From positions 126,792,001-126,856,000 of the forward strand of contig CM059431.1 in assembly GCA_030390025.1 (NCBI GenBank): a stretch of 64,000 nucleotides of DNA, given 5' to 3'. Below the pieces are notes generated by a model. The model did not search any database and had not been told where the DNA came from. It saw nothing but the letters and a program-made list of their open reading frames with translations. Both the position numbers and the translations under genes were made by a program. Shown here piece after piece: positions 14,510 to 27,667 of this stretch. Each line of letters begins with the position of its first letter. Position 1 is the stretch's first letter. The DNA is from Squalus acanthias (taxonomy: Eukaryota).

Positions 14510-15253
14510 GGCCCAGAAATTGATCTCGCTCTGTTCCCGCGGGGGTAAGCCTTTCCCGCGATGTCTCACCTCGCTTATGCTTTTTCTGATCCAGCTCGCA
14601 CGAAATTGATGTTCCAGACATCAGCTGTGCTGGGCTTGCGTATCCCAGCGGCGTAGTTAATTCGTGCGAGCTGTGGGATCACGTGACTCAGTTAGAGCCA
14701 ATGGCAGCACACCATCTTCCATTCATAAGTCTCACAGCATGGCTGAGAGACTTATGAATCTTACACCCCCCCAAAATAACAGCTAAACCTCAATTAAATT
14801 AAAAAAAAAAACCATCACATTAATAAAATAAGTATAGTTAATTAAATTAACCATTTTAAATAAAAAATTAAATTTTTGAAAAAATTTAAAATCTTTTAAA
14901 AAGTTATAAAAATAAACTTACCTGTCTTTAAAGTCTATAAAAAAGATATACCTGTAAAAAAAAATTCAAAAAAATACTTAATTCACTACTTACCTTCTTA
15001 AAAGCGGGTCTTACTCCTCCTTTTTACATTTCCAAAATCTTCAGTACTTACCTGCGCGTCCAAAGCATGAAGTGCACAGCGTGCGCGCAGCCTGTAGCGC
15101 ACACGCGATGCACTCCGGCCCCTCCCCCTTTTCGGAAGAGCAATTGCCGGTTTTCAGCGCATGCGCAGGGCATGCAGAAAACCGGCAATTGGAGTGGGAA
15201 TACGCGAGAGTACGCAGTGCGTACTCTCGCGTCCCGGGATCAATTTTCGGCCC
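14510..15253. mobile_element. Harbinger-type MITE, family M, copy 2
   Basis: Imperfect TIRs GGCCCAGAAATTGATC / GATCAATTTTCGGCCC; TSD AAT. Highly similar to 6275-6985. Confidence 0.9.
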
Positions 15254-15614
15254 AATAGCTCCCTTATCTTTTTGATGCAATTCTCACTTTGGCAAGTAAC
15301 AGAGGTCATGGTATGAAATTCTGACTCACAAATACAGTGTCAAATTCCCAAAACTGATCACATGCAGAGGTAGATTAGAGTATAAACAGCTACAAAGATA
15401 ATCATAGAATATATGTTGGAAACCTTAAAAATTCGGTTCACACAATGCAGCTGTAAAAAGATCTGTGAGAATGTTATCTTTTGTAACACAGCATGCTGTT
15501 ACTGTTAATCTGGTACAGAGTAACAATGACAAATAGATGGTGGAGGAGGGTGACCAAGTATGGCCTATTCCTGCTCCGATTTCTTATGTTCTTATTAGAT
15601 TTTTGGACTTTCTG

Positions 15615-15755
15615 GAGAGAGAAACAGAGTTAACGTTTCAGGTTGATGACCTTTCATCAGAACTGAAAAGTAATCGACCCGAAATGTTAAATTTGGGCTT
15701 TCTCTCTGCACAGATGCTGCATGACCTGCTGAGTGTTTTCCAGCAGTTTTTGTAC
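15615..15755. repeat. Penelope-derived short inverted-repeat fragment with a decayed hammerhead core on the minus strand
   Basis: Matches the pLTR sequence at 46228-46704 and 49515-50510 (AGTTAACGTTTCAGG...CTTTCATCAGAACT). Confidence 0.65.
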
Positions 15756-17039
15756 TCTGTTCCTGATTGGTTTAAAGACAGCTTTCGGAGTGTGTTCTTA
15801 GCCATTCTGTTTTCTTGCAGCCTTCATAGTGGCAGCCATCTTGTTGATGACACCTTCCATCTCCTTGCAGGACTACCGAGTGGCCCTCTTGCAGAAGCAC
15901 ATCTAACACAAATAGGAAAGATGGGATTCTCTTCCCAATCGTGATGTATACCAAGTTAAATTAAAGGTGCACTTTTTAAACATGTTAAATAAAATTAGCT
16001 TTTCAAATCTCAATAGATTCAAGTTACAGCTTAAGGCAAATAGATGATCAGTCATAGAATTGTATAACAGTGCACTATAAATTGCAGTAATGGTCCCTTT
16101 CAGCAGCTTGAGTAATATAGCTTTAAATTGTACTTACCTTGGCTCCTGGAGATAGTATGACCTACTTTTATTAGAAAGCAGAAATTCCACTTTTATTACC
16201 TTAGTTCATTTTTCTACAAGTGACATGTACCTTTGGGGTAAATCATTTTAAATATTATGCTCTCCTGGATTGTGATAATATCTAGCACAGACAACTTTCT
16301 AGTTCTGCTCATCGGGCCCTTTGAAGAAAATGTCTTAAGGAGCACAGCATACAGCTTTAAATCCTTCCCACACAGTCGATGGAACTTCCAGCCCACTACA
16401 AGTGGCTGCTGGCTGCGTGTAGCAGTACCCACCAATAGCAGTAACCTAGGTTGCCTACTGCCGATGGTTACTCCAAATGCTTAATGCTGGCTACGCTCAG
16501 CCAACCCGTGTTGCAAACAGTACGTCAGGATGGTCAACACTGGTGGGAATTGTGCAGATCAGGTACTGAAGGGACATCTAATACCTGGCCAACAGCAACC
16601 AAGTCAGCCTTCTTCCTCCTTCATTTTTCTGCTGCAGAGACTCCAACTAAGGTGCTCATGGAGAAAAGATAATTCCCTTGTCCACGGTTACAAGCCTGGT
16701 ATTGTGCACTATGCACAGTTTCTATTATATACCCCTCACTTTCCACTTGCCATCAGTTTTTAGTTGGTGGTTTGTTTCCATCTTTCCCATTGGTCCTAGA
16801 ACTTTATTAAAGACCAAATTAGCCTTTTTAATTCTGAATTTCTCAACATTCTTGTTAATTTTTTGGATCACCTTCGCTCAGGCACTTTAATGGCCAGTGG
16901 CTATGTGTAATTTACGATTGCAGTCTCTTTTCTTTCAATACATTGTTTAACCAAGATATTAAATTCTTGCTTTCTCTGACAAGGCTTCTAACTTTATTTG
17001 AATTTGCACACCATTTTGCCATATTCATTGCCAACATTT

Positions 17040-17345
17040 CCCACTTGTGGGGAGACCAAAACTAGGTGCCATGAATATAAGATAGTTACTAATAAATCCA
17101 ATAGGGAGTTCAGGAGAAACCTCTTTACCCAGAGAGTGGAACTTGCTACCACAAGGAATAGTTCAGGCGAATAGCATAGATGCATTTAAGGGGAAGCTAG
17201 ATAAACACATGAAGGAGAAAGGAATAGAAGATTATGCTGATAGGGTTAGATGAAGAGAGGTGGGAGGAGGCTCGTGTGGAGAATACACCAGCATGGACAA
17301 ATTGGGCTGAATGGCCTGTTTCTGTGCTGTGCAATCTGTGTAATG
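17040..17345 (+). mobile_element. CR1 3' end fragment
   Basis: Similar to 45080-45425 (+) and to the reverse complement of ~2350-2696. Confidence 0.7.
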
Positions 17346-17442
17346 CTGTAAGGAATATTTCATAACAAAGGTCAAACATCTAATTGTTGAACTGCCATAT
17401 TACATGTTGCATTCCATAGTGGCTTAAATTGCCACTGATGGT

Positions 17443-19115
17443 TGTAAAGTTTTGCAATTATCGCGATTCGAAATAACATAAGAGAAGCAGATTCGTTTGA
17501 TCAGTTTTATTAAACGAAATGCTGTCCTGAAAATAAATCTGTTGGACTATAACCTGGTGTTGTGCGACTTCTCATTTCTGAAAATAAAGGACACAGAAGC
17601 CTGTAAAATGGCCGCCGCGCATCGTGGCAGAAGCTTCCAGAAATACAGTGGGCAGACAAGATGGCATCGAATAAACATTCAATATAAGATTGGATCATAC
17701 TCGGTAAATATTGATAAAGACAGGATGCAACCCGTTTGCATTTGGAACAATAGCAAAGATATAAGTGCTGGAATCATTTTCCATGCACAAGCAAGGATCA
17801 TTGTACTGGGCAATCGAAGGCCCATCCAGACACATCAATACACAAATACCCCCCCGGCTCTACAATGAAAGAGACATTGACGGGTGATTAAGTCAGTATT
17901 CGGGGGCCCCCAAAACCAGTCAGGGAGACGATTCATACACATCCTGGCTGGGTCAACAATGGGGAAAACATTAACGGATAGTTGGCCAGTTTCAGGTGCT
18001 ACCGAAACCCGTTAAAGAGAAGAATCGCCCCATGCTGGGAGTTTTGAGCACCAATATTACACAAAGGACAAACATTAAGATTTGAGCGAGAGATAAGGGA
18101 ACACAGCACTATAACTATAGTGAACAAATGTCCATCGCTCTCTCTTTTTGACTCGCTCGATCGCTGGCTGAAGCTCTTCCTTAGGGCTGGACTTTGTTGA
18201 CTCTTGACTTTTAGCCGTACTGGTCGATCATTTCGAATGTTGGGTGGAGCTCAATCGGAACGAGCCGCCCCGACAAGGGCAAGTAACAGGGTGCACCATC
18301 CCGAGTGTCGGTAAACGGTGTCTGGACCCGGAGGCCCGAAGAGACGAGACGAGATGAGAAGAAGAGGAGAAGAATCCACGTGCCGCCACGGTCAGTAAAC
18401 CCCGACCGCGCCCGAAAATATAAGAAAGAAGCTTTTCATTGAAGTCTCCCGACAACCGGTGTCGGGAACAGGAAGACTCTTCTTTGAATTTTACAACTCT
18501 GTCCGAGTTCTGTCGAGTTCTTCATGACAACAGGGAGTCTGGCCTGCTTGTGGCAGCAGCGAAAATAAACAAGTGGGGTACAGAGACCCTTCCAAACACG
18601 TGACAGTCAGGCGTTGCAGCGAAACGAGCCGAGTGCCTCACTTTAAAATTCTCCGAAGTATCACGAGTGGTGAGCATGTTTCACGATCCTACAAATCTAG
18701 ACCTAGTGTAGGTATTGTTAAGGGAGGGTGGTTTTATTAAGGTTAAAGTATAATGTTTTCCCCTTTTTACGATGTGCCGTGCGTTCTTCATTTCCATAGA
18801 CCAAGCTTTATGAATGTATGTATACTTGTACTCTCGTTAATTTGCGCCTATGACATGTACTTCATGATTTTGGACGCTATGCAATAAAGATTTCCATTTT
18901 GTACTATTCAACCGGGTCTATTTGAGTTTTTCTCTGCATTACTGCTCCCTGCATCTAAGTCCAGTGTTAGAACCGTAAGAGCGAGTGGGTCGAACCACTC
19001 ACAGGTGCTTATTGCAATAAGGCTGGCCGGAGACCAGAGCAAGCAATAGTATTAGGCAACGAAGGCCTAACCTCGCACCAGCACCGTCTCTGAGAGACAT
19101 GTCCAAACCCTTACA
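17443..19115 (+). mobile_element. Solo LTR family A, copy 3 (1673 bp)
   Basis: TGTAAAG...CCTTACA; TSD TGGT at 17439-17442 and 19116-19119; AATAAA at ~18883. Confidence 0.85.
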
Positions 19116-19684
19116 TGGTAAATTACCAAGTGAGAATTCAGGAAATAACAATTTTGTTGGTGTCTTTCTCGTCTTTTCCAATTTTGTCCCCTTGTCCTTC
19201 CCATCTGGAAAGTGGTAACATTCTAGCATATGGCTACACAAGCATCCACAGCCCTCCACGCCATCAGTAGTCCTTTTTCATGTGTGAGCCGAGAGATTGA
19301 GTAACAGTAGACATTGTGGGCCATCATTAAAGAAAACTGTATACTGTCCTGGCAAAATGTCTACACAAATACAATTTCCAGCAGGGTTTAGCAGTGGCAA
19401 CCCTGCCTGATTTTTGTTTCCTTAGCCCAGAATTGCTGAGGCTAATTGCAGCACCAGTACTGCGGTATGGCACATGCCAGGGATTTTCCTATCCACATGG
19501 TTCAGCACCACACATACACTTACCAACTGAGCATTGACAGAGCCCTGGAGAAAAGAGCATTTTTACGGTTCATTAACTATTGTGTGAAGTTCATGTGTAA
19601 TTAACAATCAAAAAGCCTTTCTGCCAAAACACAGATTGATTCAGCCTAGTATTCAGCAATCCTTGTTTTAGAAAGGAACTCTCA

Positions 19685-21443
19685 GGGCTAGAAATTCCTG
19701 TACTCACTGCCACTCCGTAGCGCATGAAATAACGATAAAATTGCGGCTGCCGCTCTTTCACCAGCTGGTGGCGGTTCTCGCGGCGGCCGCCATATTCCTC
19801 TTCCCCTTTGCGCTGTCGGTAACTGGCAGCACCCTGCAAAAAAGAATGGCGGCGTGGTGACGTCAATCGGCGCGCAATACTGACTTAACGTCACCAACAC
19901 GGACTTCGACCCCTGCGCTGAATTCAGCGCTGGGTCCTAAGCACGTCAGGTTAACCTGGTGTTCAAGCAGGCTGACAGTGCTGACAGTGGCGATGTCTGC
20001 AGCTCTTAAAGGGACATACACATCATTCAAGTAAGTTTGAATTCAAGGTTTGGACTTTTAAAAAAATATTATTAAAGTGGTGGCTTGCTGCAATAGATGT
20101 GAAAATGTTTATAAGTGTGTAGGGAGTGCTGCTGGATGCTTACAATGGCTCGGAATGTAAATGAAGGCCTTTGAGAAGACAGAACATGCTGCGAATACTC
20201 AGCAGTTCACACAACATCTGTGGAGAGAAAAACAGGGTTCACATCTCAGGTTGACTTGCTGCCTGACCAGCTGAGTATTTCCAGCATCTTATGCTGTCAT
20301 TTCACATTTACAGCATCCGCTTGCAGAGGGAAGAGGAAGACACAGAAGAGGAAGACGCTGAAGAGGAGGAATCAGATGTAAGGATGCATCCCAGGGAGCC
20401 CCTTTGTGGCCGGGGTATCCGGGATGGAATCATCCGCCTGTGGTCCCATTGGCTGGGCAGGCTACCTCTTCATGTTAACCTACTGGCTGGGAAGGCTGCA
20501 TTTCTTGGGTGTGTGAAATGAGGAAGGCACCAGGGTGGAGTTGTGCTGATGGGAGAGCGGGAAAGCAAGAGGTGCATGCCAGAAGGAGGATGACGTATGA
20601 GGATACCCACATCTTGTATCCTTTCAGCCCTGCTGGTAGACAAAGGCTCAACCATGCTCCTCTCAAGAATGGCCTGCACCGTCTCCTCCAAGGGGGTGAG
20701 GTGAGGCTAGGAATGGGAGATGCGCCTCGTCATTGGTGCAGATTGTTGGTAGGTGAGTGATTGGGGGTCGTGCATTGAGCAGTGTGTGAGGCTAGTGGTA
20801 GGAGACGGCTTTTGTAGATGCGTTCACTGACCTTGACCAGTGGTCTGAGGTCATGAAGCTTCTTTGGGCACTGGAGCCAGGTGGTGGGGGCGACACTGCT
20901 GGCAGTGATGGTCTTAGTGATGCACTCCCACATCGTTCTTTCTGGAGTGCTGCATGTGAGACCCTCAGTGCCTCTTCCCTGGCTTGCTGGGCCATTTGTG
21001 TTAGTGCTGAGGCAGTTTTGTTGATGTTAAGAAGGTAATTCAGCTTTAACAGTTGAATATTTACATTTGGAACTTCTTTTAAATGTTGAATATTTCTTAA
21101 AAGGCAGAAAAGGCTGAAAAATGTATTGAATCACTTCATTTTATTTTGTATTGCTTCAGTGTGCATGGCCCCTTTAAATCACAGACCTCTTCATTACCCA
21201 CAATTCCTTGCGAGCTCCACAGCTTCGCCCACAGAGGCTGTGAGAAGCTGCAACGCCGCACCTGGCCAGGATCTTCATCCCGGATCCCTCCAGCAACGCC
21301 ATCAGGACAGCGGTGCATGGAAGGTGAGTACTGCGCCATCTATCTCTATGCCCCCCAGACCAATTTCACTCGGTTAGCATTCCGGCCATTTCCAATGGCC
21401 GTTAACTGCGGCAACTTTGCTGGCGAACACAAATTTTTCCCCC
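19685..21443. mobile_element. Non-autonomous Harbinger deletion derivative, family N, copy 1
   Basis: TIRs GGGCTAGAAATT / AATTTTTCCCCC; flanks TCA/TGA (TSD with one mismatch). MADF exon-1 remnant on minus (WLQCPKKLHDL). Colinear with 36098-38303. Confidence 0.8.
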
Positions 21444-22266
21444 TGAGTGGTCATTTTGAAGATAGTGGCATAAAAACAACTGCTGTGATATTCATAGCTG
21501 TGTTTCTGAAAATTATTAAATGTGTACTTGGAATATAAAAGGCTCCAGATATAGAAGCCGAAAATCGGCAAGGGCAGCATCCTGGTATAAGTGCCAGAAT
21601 GTGGCAGCCTGGTACCACTGGTGCTTACGCTACCATAGTTGGTTGGTTTATGGAAAGTTTCCTTCATTTAAATACCAATTGTGGGCAACTGCGCCACTAA
21701 GAGTGCCTCTTGGCATACGCTCAGATGAGGAAGTTACATAACGTGCTACAGTGTGCTGGTTCTAGGAGGGAGGGGTGCTGGGGTCCCCCCACAAAAATTA
21801 CCGAAGTCGCATCTTGGCCACCATTGTAAGGTGTCTGAAAAGTTTTAAAAACTTTCCTGGCATCTTTGGGGTCCAGGCCACAATCCAGGGCTCTGTTTCC
21901 ACCAGTCAGTAGGCCAGTATGCCAGTTCTTACCTTGTGTACCAACCACCAACTGTTCACCTGGTGAATGAGAGGCCAAGGAGTTGGGAACTGCCAGCATT
22001 GGGTATCCCTGCCAGGCTCCTAGGCTGATGGCCTTGTTTGGAGTGTGTGAAGGCTCAACCCCTTGCAAGAGTATCTGGCAACTGCAACATAAGGCTAAGA
22101 CCCAGTAGATCCAGGTTCCGGCCTAATTTATAACTTTTCCATAACAGTTTTGCATGAGTTACAATGGGAGTGTGCCAGAAAGGCCATGAATTTTTGGCCC
22201 TGTAATATTTTTAAAGATATTTCTTCAGAACATAATTATAGTGAATAACATAAGAACATAAGAATT

Positions 22267-23137
22267 TAAAAAAAAAATGTGTTTATGGGATGTGGGCGTC
22301 GCTGGGAAGGCCAGCATTTATTGCCCATTCCTAATTACCCTCGAGAAGGTGGTGGTGAGCCGCCGCCTTGAACCGCTGCAGTCCATGTGGTGAAGGTACT
22401 CCCACAGTGCTGTTAGGTAGGAAGTTCCAGGATTTTGACCCAGCGACGATGAAGGAACGGCGATATACTTCTAAGTCAGGATGGTGTGTGACTTGGAGGG
22501 GAACTTGGAGGTGGTGGTGTTCCCATGCACCTGCTGCCCTTGCCCTTCTAGCTGGAAGAGGTTGCCGGTTTGGGAGGGGCTGCCGAAGAAGCCTTGGCAA
22601 GTTGCTGCAGTGCATCTTGTAGATGGTACACACTGCAGCCATGGTATGCCGGTGGTGGAGGGAGTGAATGTTTAACGTGGTGGATGGGGTGCCAATCAAG
22701 TGGACTGCTTTGTCCTGGATGGTGTCGAGCTTCTTGAGTGTTGTTGGAGCTGCACTCATCCAGGCAAGTGGAGAGTATTTCATCACACTCCTTACTTGTG
22801 CATTGCAGATGGTGGAAAGGCTTTGGGGAGTCAGGAGGTGAGACACTCGCCAAAGAATACCTAGACTCTGACCTGCTCTTGTTGCCACAGTATTTATGTG
22901 GCTGGTCCAGTTAAGTTTCTGGTCAATGGTAACCCCCAGGATGTTGATGGTAGGGGATTCGGCGATGGTAATGCCGTTGAATGTCAAGGGGAGGTGGTTA
23001 GACTCTCGCTTGTTGGAGATAGTCATTGCCTGGCACTTCTGTGGCACAAATGTTACCTGCCACTTATCAGCCCAAGCCTGAATGTCGTCCAGGTCTTATT
23101 GCATGCGGGCATGGACTGCTTCATTATCTGAGGAGTT
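22267..23137 (-). mobile_element. LINE 3' fragment (same family as 2697-3933)
   Basis: ORF 22331-23047 encodes an RT C-terminus (INILGVTIDQKLNWTSHI). A CR1 3' piece follows at ~23138-23410. Confidence 0.85.
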
Positions 23138-24819
23138 GTGGAGCGGAGTAGGCCATACGGCCCCTCGAACCTGCTCCGCCATTCAATAAGATTGTGGCTG
23201 ATCTTCGACTGCAACTCCACTTTCTCACCCGATCCCCATATCGCTTGATTCCCCATGAGTCCAAAAATCTATCTCAGCCTTCAATATACTCAACAATTCA
23301 GTATTCACAGCCCTTTGGGGTAGAGAATTCCAAAGATTCACAACCCTTGGCGTGAAGAAATTCCTCCTCATCTCAAACTTAAATAGCCGACCCCTTATCC
23401 TAGTTCTAGACTTCTAGACCAAGAACTTTAATTTTTGGAAACCATTTGTAATTGAGTCACATCTTTAGCTGGCAGCACCTGTCATGGGGCTTTATTAGAT
23501 GTTTGAGAATGCAAATTTTCTCTCTAGAAAAGTCACGTGACTTAAATGCATTTTGCATCCATCAAAATTCTTGTATCATATATGTCATGTATAAATTGTG
23601 TAATCATATGAAACAACAAATCTAGAATAAGCAGGTAAGGAACATATGAATCAACAAGCAAGAAGCAATAATGGAAATCAGAACCTAGGTATCAAAAATA
23701 GGCAGACAGCAACATTTACCAATAAATGAAATCAAGTCAATTAAATTCCTCCAAAATTTTTGTGATGTTGATTTGAGCCACTGGGGGTAAAATTCAACTT
23801 TTGTGGGGACCCAAAGTGGGCCAGTTATATACCCTGCCCGATTTTCCTTTCTATTGACTTCAATGACCAATCTGCTGCCACCCATTTTATGACCCCGCCA
23901 AAGTTAAATTGTACCTCCACCATCTTGAATATCACTGAGCTGAAAGTTTAGCAATAAAGGTACCATTTGCATGAAAAATAAATAAGCTATTCTGCATAAA
24001 TGCTTGTTCTTACAAAGGGAGCTGCCTGTATTGTGTTGTAAATCTCAGGAAAATGCCTGGGAGCCTCGTCCTTTGTTGGGTGCCCGAGGTCCAAGTTGGT
24101 CTACTTGGCTGAATCTTGAACTATTGGGTTGTGCTTTGCTGACTGTTTTCTTGTAACTGCCTTGCTTCCTCCTGATTGGCTGCTGTTCGTGTTAATAAAG
24201 ATCGGCTTCCTTCTCTCGTTATATTGGCTCTGGAATGGAATTATGAATAGCTCCTTTCGGAGTTTAATAAACATTCACAGACTGTGCCAGGACTTGCTGT
24301 TTGTAACCCTGTTCAGTCCAGTCGTGAAAATCCCTGTGAGGTAATTGATAATTTTTGTTCAGTATAAAAACCTCAAATCAATGTAAACAATATTTTGGGG
24401 AAATTTTTCCCGCAACCCGGATCTAATAAAGGTAACCGACATGGTTGATGTTGTTATGCCTGGTTCCAGCCAACCAACTGGTGTTGGGGACCCACCTTGG
24501 AATCTAGGTCAAGATTGTGGACTAGAGCCCTGAAGATACCATTTTTAAAAAAAAAAAAGGATGTTAAGGCTGTTGTTTTGTATGGGGTCTACGGGACAGC
24601 TAAATGTTTTCTTATGGGGCTGACTTGATATCCTGGGACTCATCGCTGAACTTTCCAGCCTCTTTGGTGTGTGGGAAGCTCCAGATGTGCTCCTAGCTGA
24701 CCAAAGCGATGCAAATTGTGTGAGCTCCCCCTGACCAGGCGAACCTTGACGGGGTCAGAGACAGACCCATCTCAGTATTCAGGCCAAGTTACGCCGCTCC
24801 ACAGATTTTTCGGGCTGTA

Positions 24820-25671
24820 GGGGGAAAAATTTGGTTCGTTAGCGCCTCCCGTTAGTGCCTCCGGGGGGGGGGGGGGGGGGCGCTAACGGGGCGCTAGGAA
24901 CTTAGCGTCCAAGCGCGGCGATTTTAGTGCCACTAGCGAAATTGACCAGTCGTTTTGCGGCGGCGCTAAACACTACTGCCACGATCTCCTATGCCCGCAG
25001 ATCGTGACGTCAGTCGAGCGTGCAATGCTCCGGTAGCGCCCCGGACCAGAAATTGAGTCGCACCCCCTGCCTTAGCGCCTGCCGCTAGGAACGACAGGTA
25101 GAGGGGAACGTTTTTAAGTCAGGAAGGGGCTGGGGGAGCGCTGTTTAAAGGCGGGCGCTTCCTGCCTTTTCTTGTCGGCAAAATTTTTGGTACACGCAGA
25201 TTGAGAGGGAGAGAGACGTCTGGAGAGATTTAATGCAGTCCTGAGGAGTTTTGGCCCTCAGCACCACTTTTGAGGTTCCTAAGTGCCGAGCTGTTTCCCT
25301 GGGCCTATCCATTAGTGTTTCCAACACATTTGCTTTTGAGGTCTCTCCAGGCCGAGATTCAAGGCTGCAATGAGCAGGGTCTGGCTGGCCATCAAGATGG
25401 CCCCTCCCCTTTAAGAACTGGACGGCGCCAGTCTGCCTGGCTTCCATGGTAACTGACATCGCCTGAGCTTCGGTAGCGTTCTGAGGTAGCGCCACGCTCC
25501 CTGATGTTTGCGCCTTAAGAAAGGTGTGTAGCATCTGATTTAGCGCTCCAATCACCTCCAGGGGCGATAGAGGCGAATTTTGCAGTCGGAGGTGATAATT
25601 AGCGCTGGGCGCTAAACTTTGCACCCGGCCGATATTTGTGCTCCAAAATGGGCGATACCCAATTTTCCCCC
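24820..25671. mobile_element. Harbinger MITE related to the 51916-56117 element
   Basis: TIRs GGGGGAAAAATT / AATTTTCCCCC; flanks GTA/GTG. Shares CTCTCCAGGCCGAGATTCAAGGCTGCAATGAGCAGGGT with the reverse complement of ~52196-52233. Confidence 0.8.
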
Positions 25672-27667
25672 GTGGTGTTTAATATTGTTATGCAATTACA
25701 TGTACATCCAGCAGAGGTAGTCAAATCCTTTATTCCATTAGCTTCTGATTAAAATGTAGAGAAGCAACAAGTAAGAATATGAATGATGAGTATGAAGATG
25801 CATCAGTTATGACATCTGGAAAATCAAAGTACCACTTACACGTAAACTGCTCCCATTTAACCCCGGTGCTATAAACTATCTCATTTTGGAATTTCTGAAT
25901 GAAACTGGTGTAATGAAAACAATGGATTAACTGAACTCAGAAGGCAATGTGGTGGGCAAGGCAGTTAGATGTTAGTAAGCAACAATATTTTCATCAATAT
26001 GTACATTAATATGAATAATTTATCACTTTACTGGTTTTTCCAGGTTCAATAGGCTTTATTTTTTTATTATTATTCGCTCACAGGATGTGGGCGTCGCTGG
26101 CAAGACCGGCATTTATTGTCCATCCCTAGTTGACCTCAAGAAGATGGTGGTGAGCCGCCTTCTTGAACCGCTGCAGTCAGTGACTTCTTTGTAGCGGTTT
26201 TGATACAACTGAGTGGCTTGCTAGGCCATTTTAGAGGGCAGTTAAGAGTCAACCACATTGCTGTGGGTCTGGAGTCACGTGTCAGCCAGGCCGGGTAAGG
26301 ATGGCAGATTTCCTTTCCTAAAGGATATTAGTGAACCTGATGGGTTTTTATGACATTCCGGTAGTTTCATGGGCCATGATTTTGTTGACCTCGGCGGGTC
26401 CGTGGCGGGCGATGTCAGTGGTGGGTCCCGACCCCACTGCTGGCTCCATCCTGCTGCCTGAAATGATTTTATCTTGATTGGGCTTGTTAAGCCCGGCCAG
26501 CCAATTAGAGGAAGCGGGTCTGGTGACGTCATTTGATGACGCGTCATCAGCCGGTTTCCGTTGTAATGGAATAAGCCAGATTCCAAGAAATACATCATCC
26601 TATGAACAGATTTTGATAATATTAATACATGACATACTGAGTTTAAAAGTCTGGAAAGCCTCGGCGACACAGGCTGCAAACACAATACAGGCTTCTGAGA
26701 TAAGGTGAAGTCTTAACAAAAGCTGTAAAACACCACAAGCTTTGAAATGGGAGATGGTTGTAAACACAAAAACAATGCCCCTATTGAAGCAAACCATTGG
26801 CACTTCCAGAAGGTCTGGAGTTTGGGAGAAACATAATGGAATGACCCAAGTAAAGTGTTATAAGCTAACACTCAGGGAAACAGAAACTTAGAACATAAAA
26901 CAACCATATGCCTTCATAAAGTAACATCAAATGAAACAGGAAACACAATTAAATATGCAACCAATTGAGATAGCAAGAAAACAAGTAAACACCCTAAGAG
27001 AAGTGTTTTCAATTTACAAGTTGTAAAAAATACCTACAGAAGACTTTGAAAATATAATATCAATAGATGACACCAAGCAATTACATTGTGTTTGTATTGA
27101 ACTTGGAACACCACGGAGTCACGACGTCTGGCTTACAAGCAGTTAAGTGATATTAAGAATTCAATAGAAAGACTTCCTAAGAATAGCATCAAAAGATAAA
27201 TCTGTAATAACCATTTTATAAGTTTTTGAAACACCTAAAGGTAGAGACAGAAGTCTAAAAGTTGGCAGCTGAAATGACAGTAAGAATAGAAAAGAATTCA
27301 ATAGAGTATCACGAGAGACAATTAGCTTACATCAAAAGAAAACTTCAAAGAATATACCACTAAAAAAAGAGTATAAAAATAAGAGCTTTTCAAATGAGAA
27401 AACAGAAGTTGCTGGGAAGGGACAGAGCGATTCTCGCCTTCAGAACCACTCTGTAGGCCTACAACTCTGAGTCTCGGGTAATCAAGGTATTTGATTTTGG
27501 TGGATATTCTGGATTAAGAAATAAGTAGAAGTGTGGAAATGTAACGAAGTTAAGATTTGAGAATAAGGATCTCTGATAAGAAATGTAAGCTATTTGTATT
27601 TTGAACGGTTAAAGTTGCGATTGCCATACCAGCTGTTAACTAGATGTCAGTTCTTTAATAAATCTAT

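Noticed and set aside
17497..17868. Conserved peptide MQPVCI...GNRRPIQ in LTR-A copies as a viral accessory gene
   Set aside because: The similarity follows from DNA identity; frames end at different points and copy 2 does not keep it.
23528..23634. Plus-strand exon candidate; similar ones at 45741-45829 (+) and 791-838 (-)
   Set aside because: Splice-like signals are present but all three frames contain stops.
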